This document shows, one piece after another, positions 1 through 5,049 of a stretch of DNA of 5,049 nt; the first letter of the stretch is position 1, and the number at the start of each line of letters is the position of its first letter. A program made the position numbers and the translations under genes. This DNA comes from Takakia lepidozioides (Eukaryota; Plantae; Bryophyta), in assembly GCA_030704615.1 (NCBI GenBank), contig JAKLZA010000228.1, forward strand, positions 1-5,049, given 5' to 3'. The notes beneath the pieces are model-generated. The model made no database searches, had not been told where the DNA came from, and saw only the letters and a list, made by a program, of their open reading frames with translations.

Positions 1-320
1 ACCGCCGCGTCTGTCACAATGCCCTTGGCTCGCATCACTGAGCCATCTGTAGGGTGATCCGGCTATAGTCTGATAGCCAACTCACACCATGTGATGCCCC
101 AAGCCTGCTCCATCCTCCCAGAGACGTTTGTATCTGGAAAGGACAAGGCTCCTAAATCCGCCTTCATGAGGCCCAAGCCTGCAATAGCAGCTCTGCCCAG
201 CATCAATGGCTGAGCTCCCGAGTCCAACAAGCCTGCATTGGCCGGTACCGACCTCTTGCCTGTCGGTCCACTCAAACAGAAAATGTCATCCTGTTGTCTA
301 ACATGACAACTCCAGTGTCA
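1..320 (-). pseudogene. Retropepsin-like aspartic protease of Gag-Pol, frameshifted and truncated by the window edge
   Basis: Stitched reading: GVVMLDNR/DDIFCLSGPTGKRSVPANAGLLDSGAQPLMLGRAAIAGLGLMKADL/EPCPFQIQTSLGG/MEQAWGITWCELAIRL*PDHPTDGSVMRAKGIVTDAA. The catalytic D-S-G-A lies at 224-213 after hydrophobic residues. A flap-like IQTSLGG lies in an alternative frame at 151-113. In-frame TAG at 65-63. Confidence 0.85.
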
Positions 321-1002
321 CCATGGCGCGCTCAATGGCTGGCCTAGCTGGCAGCTTCATCAACCTGGCAACTGCAGCTTGCCATGGTGCCGCCAGGATG
401 GCAGTCTTGACCCTCAAATCCTGTTATCCCTCCGGTACTACACCTCCCACTATCTCCGCAGAAGATGAAGTAACCTCCTCACTCTCACAGAGTGTAGCTT
501 CCAGCCTGAATACCTCAGTCTGGTCTTGTTTACCCCCGGCATTGCAATCATGGTAGCCGAGAACAATGGAGCCTGACACACAGATGATGCCCACTGGCCC
601 AGCACACTAGTTGCAGTAGCCTGGCAACACTAGGTAGTGGTGCTACCCGTGTAGCTCTCCCCAATGGCATATAACCCTACCTCCGCCTCGGTAACAGTCG
701 GGAAAGAACTAGGTGTCATGGATGGCGTCGGCATTGTCTCCGCCAATGTGAATGACTAAGGAAGCCTAGCCTGACGGCTTGCCTCCCCTTGCTGTGGATC
801 CAACTCCACTCTGCACCCTCGTGGCTCAGGAACTCCTCGAGTCACGGCTAACAATAGAGACTCCACCTTCACTAGTGGTAGTGCTGCTCCGCACATGAAT
901 CCCATGTCTCCCATATCTCCTCCTTCAGGAGGCAGGAGATGGACCATCCGGCATTTGAAGCCCGTTACCCACCGGGTGAGCTGTAGCCATGGCCTCGATC
1001 CT

Positions 1003-2310
1003 CTACTCTAGCTGCTGAAGCCGGGTTGGCCATGCCTTTGTCAACACCCTGACTCCTCCGCGTCCTTTGCCATGTTGAGCTTTGCCCTTGGCCTGCACCT
1101 CGTGCCTGGCCACCTCGTCCTCTCTGGGCTGCTCCACCTCTCCCCCCGTCCACCATTGTTCCCCCCCATTGGAACTGGCCTGGGCCAACTCAGGATGCAA
1201 ACCATAACACTGGGCCTCTCGGGGCTAATGCCCGTGCTTGCAATGGCCCCACACTCCAACATATTCAGGCTTTTTGCATGTGCCTCAATCCTTCTTTACC
1301 ATTGACATGCCCTCCACTCCCCACAATTCAACACACCACATCCGCGCCGTTGTCGGCCAGCAATGAATGGAGAGACCCCTGCATCTGAGGTCCTCTCGCC
1401 CTTCCCTGAGCTTCATTTGAGCCCGTTGTTGGTGCCAGCTCAAAAACAAAACGTTTAGGTATTGGTTTGCTAGGAACACCACTACCCCCATGGTGTTCCT
1501 TAGCAAATCCCATCATGACCACTTCGTTCCTCCACTCATTTGAGCTCTATATCCGCGTCTCTGCCACCAAAAACACATTTGCTAAGGTGGGTTGGGCCGC
1601 TCGTAGGAGAGTTGCATCCCGCACCCTTCTCCTCAGCGGGTCCGAGAAAAATCTGTTCCAATATCCCATATACCAGGAATTGACGCCTGAGCTTCGTAAC
1701 CCCTTGGGTTACCATTTATCAAGCGCCTCAAATGCGAGTGAAAGCCTCCCTCAAGCTCTCAGTAGGCTTCCATTTGAACTCTTGCAAGCTCCGCAAGCTT
1801 CTCTGTCCTCACCCCTTGGTAGTTCCCTCTCAACTCTTCGAAGAACTCCCCCCAGGGTTGAAGGCAGGCACGGTACTCAGTGTTGGTGCGGTAGTGGCTT
1901 TTCTGGACGTCGTAGCTACTTAACAACCACAGTCCTACTACCCAACACTTGCTGCTTGCTGAATCTTTAGGCTGCCGTTCACGGCAAGGTGTAGCCACTG
2001 CCCTCGTTTTCTCTGAGTGATGGTAAACATAGTCGGGGGAGAAGAAGGGGAGGTTTACTCTTCCACCTCCCGTACCATCTATCTCAAACCTCATAGCCCC
2101 GCCTGAACTCATGGTAATCATCTATAGGCGGCCCTCAAGGTGCTGAAAACAGCCCCTTCCATGCCATGAAAGAACGTAAATAGTTGTGGATTGCGCTATT
2201 GCTGCAAATCACACCACTAAGCAAACTCTTGGTAAAAATCATCCAACTCGATGGTGCCCACCACCCCAGAGTACCTTCGTGGCCCCTTAGCCTCCATACA
2301 TCTCCTCCAT
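1003..2310 (-). pseudogene. gag: Retrotransposon Gag (capsid plus nucleocapsid), frameshifted
   Basis: Stitched reading: GPRRYSGVVGTIELDDFYQEFA*WCDLQQ*RNPQLFT/FMAWKGLF/QHLE/GPPIDDYHEFRRGYEV ... VPAFNP/GEFFEELRGNYQGVRTEKL/RSLQEFKWKPTESLREAFTR (1793-1734, resembling the Q-x3-ES-x2-E-[YF]-x2-R major-homology-like motif of retrotransposon Gag)/LRRLI ... LRRRVRDATLLRAAQPTLANVFLVAE, followed by zinc knuckles. The true start codon is uncertain (2297-2490). Confidence 0.8.
1186..1333 (-). other. Two decayed CCHC (Cx2Cx4Hx4C-type) zinc knuckles of the Gag nucleocapsid
   Basis: 1333-1285 reads C-(W)-N-C-G-E-x-G-H-V..K-K-D-* with frameshifts and TGA where the last Cys is expected. 1253-1186 reads C/G-H-C-K-H-G-H-*-P-R-E-A-Q-C-Y-G-L-H-P-E-L. 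The C-[WY]-x-LHPEL tail is typical of plant retroelement knuckles. Confidence 0.65.
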
Positions 2311-2476
2311 TGTGGCCGCACAACATGGCAAGGAAACAACTTGCACCGCCGGTATGATTCCTCTGATTCACAATCCAAATCAGAACCTTTCGTAGAAGAC
2401 ACAGCGGTGAAGTGGCCTAAAAAACCCCCCTCGTCTCGTGTACCCACTAGTATCACGAGTGCTCCAACCGGCACTG

Positions 2477-2497
2477 TCCCCAGCAACTAGTGGCACC
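2477..2497 (-). promoter_or_regulatory. Candidate degenerate primer-binding site (tRNA-Asp-like) of the minus-strand element
   Basis: The minus strand reads ...TGTCAACA-CGGA-GGTGCC-acta-GTTGCTGGGGA. A plant tRNA-Asp PBS is TGGCGCCGTTGCCGGGGA. The match needs a 4-nt insertion and two C>T changes and lacks the leading T. Its position, just upstream of gag and after an LTR-like ...AACA end, is appropriate. Confidence 0.25.
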
Positions 2498-2660
2498 TCC
2501 GTGTTGACACTCACCGTTCATGAACATGTCCTAAACAAAAAACCCCCATAACCCCCTCTCCACAGGTAACCGGTAGAGAACCTGTTTGGTCGGCTATTGG
2601 TTTGGAATACTAAGTTCCTAACTAGCCTACACCTATACCTGTATCACCGCAAGCACTCCT

Positions 2661-2738
2661 ATGGTTGGCTGGTCATCACCTCCAACCCACACATAAAGAA
2701 GGAATAAATGATGGTCTGGCTCGTCATCACCCCACCCC
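2661..2738. repeat. Imperfect 28-bp direct repeat pair, 50-bp period
   Basis: atggt-tggctggtcatcacctccaaccc (2661-2688) versus atggtctggctcgtcatcacc-ccacccc (2711-2738). Confidence 0.6.
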
Positions 2739-2961
2739 AGCCTCACCATCGACAGCATGGCTCTAAGGACTGGCCAATGATCAAATCCGGACCAATCACC
2801 TATAAAAAAACAGCGCCCACACAAAAACTAGCATGGCTCACAGTCAAGCATAGCAGGTATTGAGGGGGATCCAAACATCACAAGCAATCAGAACGACAAC
2901 TCCCCACACAAAACCAAAACAACTCCTGGGTGTTGCTCCTGCAAGGATAACCCCAGCCCAA

Positions 2962-3006
2962 ACCCGGACTGACCTTGGCCAGGCTCCACTCGGACAGGTC
3001 TTGGCC
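2962..3006. repeat. Imperfect 19-bp direct repeat pair, 26-bp period
   Basis: acccggactgaccttggcc (2962-2980) versus actcggacaggtcttggcc (2988-3006), 15 of 19 identical. Confidence 0.45.
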
Positions 3007-3284
3007 CAATGAGAGTGTGGAAACTACGAGGAAGAGAAGCTAGGGCAATGCCTAACACCCAGCATGCTCCTCATCCCAACACTCTTCCTCTCAAGCTCTT
3101 CCCTCTCTTTTCCCTCACTTGCAATGACATGGGAATATCATGGATACTTCCTCAAACCTCCCTCCACACGAGCTCAAAATTCGGCCGTCAAGACCACCCA
3201 GATTCAAGACCCACTGCTATCAGGCTTCCACCAGTGCCTCCACGAGTCAGCACACAGTGTCCTTCCTTAGGCCAACACGGGCCA

Positions 3285-3700
3285 CCACAGACCAGCACAC
3301 CACAAGGCCCACAAACAGATCACTGGTCACAGCCGTCATAGCCCCACACAGGCCACAACCTGTCACAGCAAGCCACTACACCGTCACACACAGGGTCACA
3401 GCCCCACAGGCGCACAGCCTGTCATAGCCCCCACTGCCGGACAGGTCACAACAGCTATTCCAGCCTGTCACACAGCCATCACCACCCAATGGCCACAGGC
3501 ACAGCCTGTCACACACAAGCCCTTCAAAGGTCACAGGGTCACATCCCCAAAGGCCACAGCCTATCACAGCCCCTCACAGCCCCATAGGCCACAGGGCACA
3601 GCCCGTCACAGTCCCGTCACAGCCAGCATCCCCACCAGCCACATGGCATAGCCTGTCCCAGCCCGCCACGGCCCCACAGGCCACATGTCATTGTCACAAC
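3285..3700. repeat. Degenerate C/A-rich minisatellite, block 1 (consensus ~TCACAGCCCCACAGGCCACAGGGCACAGCCTG, ~32 bp)
   Basis: Examples: gtcacagccccacaggcgcacagcctgtcatagcc (from 3395) and tcacagccccataggccacagggcacagcccgtcacag (from 3575). Many partial GTCACAGCC and CACAGGCC copies. Boundaries are fuzzy. Confidence 0.85.
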
Positions 3701-3844
3701 ACAGCTTTCACAGGCCCTCAACCTTTCACACGTTTCACAGCCCTCAAAGGCCCCCTCCTCTCAAGCCCCTCAACCAAGCCCTTCCTTCCCCCTTTTCCAA
3801 ACCCTCCTGTCAACAGAATCCCCTCACTACCGAGCAGCCCCTCA

Positions 3845-4320
3845 CCGGAGCCCCACAGGCCACATTGCAAAAGCGTGTCACAACAGCCTGTCACAACATC
3901 ACAGCACCCACAGGCCACAGGGCACAGCCTGTCACAGCCCCACCACACCCATCCTGTCACAGCCCACTCATCACAGCCCCACAGGCCACCCACAGGCCCT
4001 AAAGGCACACCCCTCACAGCCCGTCACAACACAAGCCCCAGGCCATAGGGCACAGCCTATCACAGGCACACCCACAACACACACATTCACAGTCCCAGCC
4101 CGCCACAACAGGCCTGTCATAGCCCACAGGGCACAGGGCACTGTCATAGCCCACCACAGCCTATCACAGCCCCCAAACAAAAATCCCGTCACAAACACGC
4201 CCACAGGCCACAGGGCAAACAAACAGCCTGTCACAAGCTCGCCACAATCCTGTCACACAGCCCAGTCACAGCTCAACAGGGAGCCCATCACAGCCGTCAC
4301 ACACAATCCCATCACATCAC
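3845..4320. repeat. Degenerate C/A-rich minisatellite, block 2 (same unit)
   Basis: Examples: tcacagcacccacaggccacagggcacagcctgtcacagcccc (from 3899), gccccaggccatagggcacagcctatcacagg (~4036) and cccacaggccacagggcaaacaaacagcctgtcaca (from 4200). Confidence 0.85.
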
Positions 4321-4341
4321 ACCAGGAGCCCCCCATGCCAC

Positions 4342-5049
4342 TTGCTGCAGTTACGGAGTGACAATTGGGACCTGACATTGGACCCATTGTCACCGGAGGA
4401 GAGAGACGACGTATACGGCGTTTCCTGAGGGCTTATAGGAATTGCTTTGCTTTCAGTTTGAAGGACTTGGGAGCACTGAAGGTCAAGAGATTTGTATTGA
4501 GTTGGCCACTTACACCCGCAAGCTTTTTGTCGGAGACCCTATAGATACAGTGACATGGAGAGGTCTTTGATTCAGCTGACGACTCAAGATCTCTGGGAGG
4601 CAGGTTTGGTGGAAGCTCTCTGATGGAGAAAGTATGCTTCAGCCACAGTGAAGATGCTAGGGCCAAGAAGGATGTCTATGGCAATTGGACGGAGAGACGT
4701 GTGTACTTGATTACGGGGGCGGCCTGTAAGATCGTCAGACCAAGTCTGATAAGTATGCCATGCCAACAAAAACCAAGAGATCTTTGATGCCATTAGGCAG
4801 AATGCTATGGGTGGTCTTTATACACTTTGTATTACTATCGGATATCACCAGTTGGCGATCAAGGAGGCGGACAAGCAGAAAGACGACATTCTGGGGGATC
4901 AATAAGCACGGCAATGATTGCCTATATACAGTGGCGGTTCTTACCATTTGGAGCTTAAGAATGCTCCTGCAGAGTTTCAGAGAGTCATGGATAGGATTCT
5001 AAAGCGAGGGGTGGACTTGCTCGGATGTTACATAGATGACACCTTCATG
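4342..5049 (+). pseudogene. pol: Ty3/Gypsy reverse transcriptase (pre-RT linker through the YxDD motif), frameshifted, 5'-truncated, running off the right edge
   Basis: Stitched reading: DPLSPEE/RRRIRRFLRAYRNCFAFSLKDLGALK/GQEICIEL../RRPYRYSDMERSLIQLTTQDLWEAGLVE/LSDGE/YASATV../AKKDVYGNWTERR (4662-4700)../DY/RPV/DRQTKSDKYAMPT/EIFDAI...GYHQLAIKEADKQ/KTTFWGINKHGNDCLY/QWRFLPFG (LPFG 4941-4952)/LKNAPAEFQRVMDRIL...CYIDD (YIDD 5029-5040). These are the standard Ty3/Gypsy RT blocks in the correct order. Confidence 0.95.

Larger units (their letters stand above)
1..2500 (-). mobile_element. Degenerate Ty3/Gypsy LTR retrotransposon, 5' internal region (gag, zinc knuckles, spacer, aspartic protease), continuing past the left edge
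   Basis: Minus-strand translation stitched across frames gives the canonical order: Gag capsid-like motifs (2300-1500), CCHC knuckle remnants (1333-1186), then protease LLDSGA (230-213). Many frameshifts and in-frame stops. The right boundary is approximate. The Gypsy label leans on the neighbouring RT and recalled family motifs, since domain order downstream of the protease is not visible. Confidence 0.85.
2502..4330 (-). other. Non-coding region upstream of gag: putative 5' LTR and/or long leader containing the minisatellite
   Basis: No recognisable coding motifs. It lies between the candidate PBS/gag and the abrupt start of an opposite-strand RT, and has a consistent C/A versus G/T strand skew. 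There is no second LTR copy in the window, so it cannot be confirmed. Confidence 0.3.

Noticed and set aside
925-970. Third zinc knuckle (VTGFKCRMVH)
   Set aside because: Only one Cys and wrong spacing. It is better explained as an off-frame reading.
1467-1970. 167-aa plus-strand ORF, the longest in the track, and other antisense ORFs (323-556, 1072-1305, 2251-2490, 4433-4947)
   Set aside because: They are antisense shadows of the gag, spacer or RT pseudogenes with no recognisable features.
3749-3800. Functional polypurine tract marking a 3' LTR start
   Set aside because: It is not preceded by integrase sequence on the minus strand and no clear TG LTR start follows. Kept only as a G-rich spacer.
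2502-3815. LTR defined by the 8-bp inverted pair TGTTGACA (2502-2509) and TGTCAACA (3808-3815)
   Set aside because: The right copy overlaps the common CCTGTCA repeat motif, the same 8-mer also occurs inside gag (~1039), and the minisatellite continues on both sides of 3815.
3009-4234. Track ORFs 3009-3341, 3064-3270, 3140-3427, 3376-3567, 3685-4002, 3718-4017 and 3971-4234 as real proteins
   Set aside because: They are low-complexity translations (Pro/Thr/His-rich or Gly/Cys/Trp-rich) of skewed or repetitive DNA that is poor in stop codons, with no domain motifs.
3285-4320. CRISPR array (repeats next to an RT could suggest an RT-Cas1 system)
   Set aside because: Units are degenerate, variable in length and directly abutting, with no unique constant-length spacers. 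No cas gene is present, and the RT is Ty3/Gypsy type.
3285-4320. Telomeric or interstitial telomere repeat
   Set aside because: The G/T-rich heptamer is GGCTGTG or GCCTGTG, not TTTAGGG or TTAGGG, and it has a higher-order 32-bp structure.
4342-5049. Bacterial RT system (retron, DGR, group II intron, defence RT)
   Set aside because: GYHQ, KTTFW and LPFGLKNAPAEFQR are LTR-retrotransposon motifs rather than the bacterial G.PQG motif, and gag and protease remnants lie nearby.

Overview
This is eukaryotic, probably green-plant, transposon-derived DNA with no intact gene. Left (1 to ~2310, minus strand): a heavily frameshifted Ty3/Gypsy gag-protease region. It runs capsid-like Gag, two decayed CCHC zinc knuckles, an RGG-rich stretch, a ~220-codon spacer, then an aspartic protease (LLDSGA) that leaves the left edge. 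Middle: ~0.8 kb of non-coding leader/LTR-like DNA with small direct repeats, then a ~1 kb C/A-rich hierarchical minisatellite (~32-bp unit built from CACAG(C/G)(C/G) heptamers) split by a pyrimidine-rich spacer. Right (4342-5049, plus strand): a frameshifted Ty3/Gypsy reverse transcriptase (KKDVYGNWTERR, GYHQ, LPFGLKNAPAEFQR, YIDD) that starts abruptly next to the repeat, without its own gag or protease. The two retroelement pieces point away from each other, which suggests a nested insertion or a rearrangement. Nearly all ORFs in the supplied track are fragments or shadows of these pseudogenes and repeats. Protein reconstructions were made by hand across frames, and family assignments come from motif recognition, not a database search.
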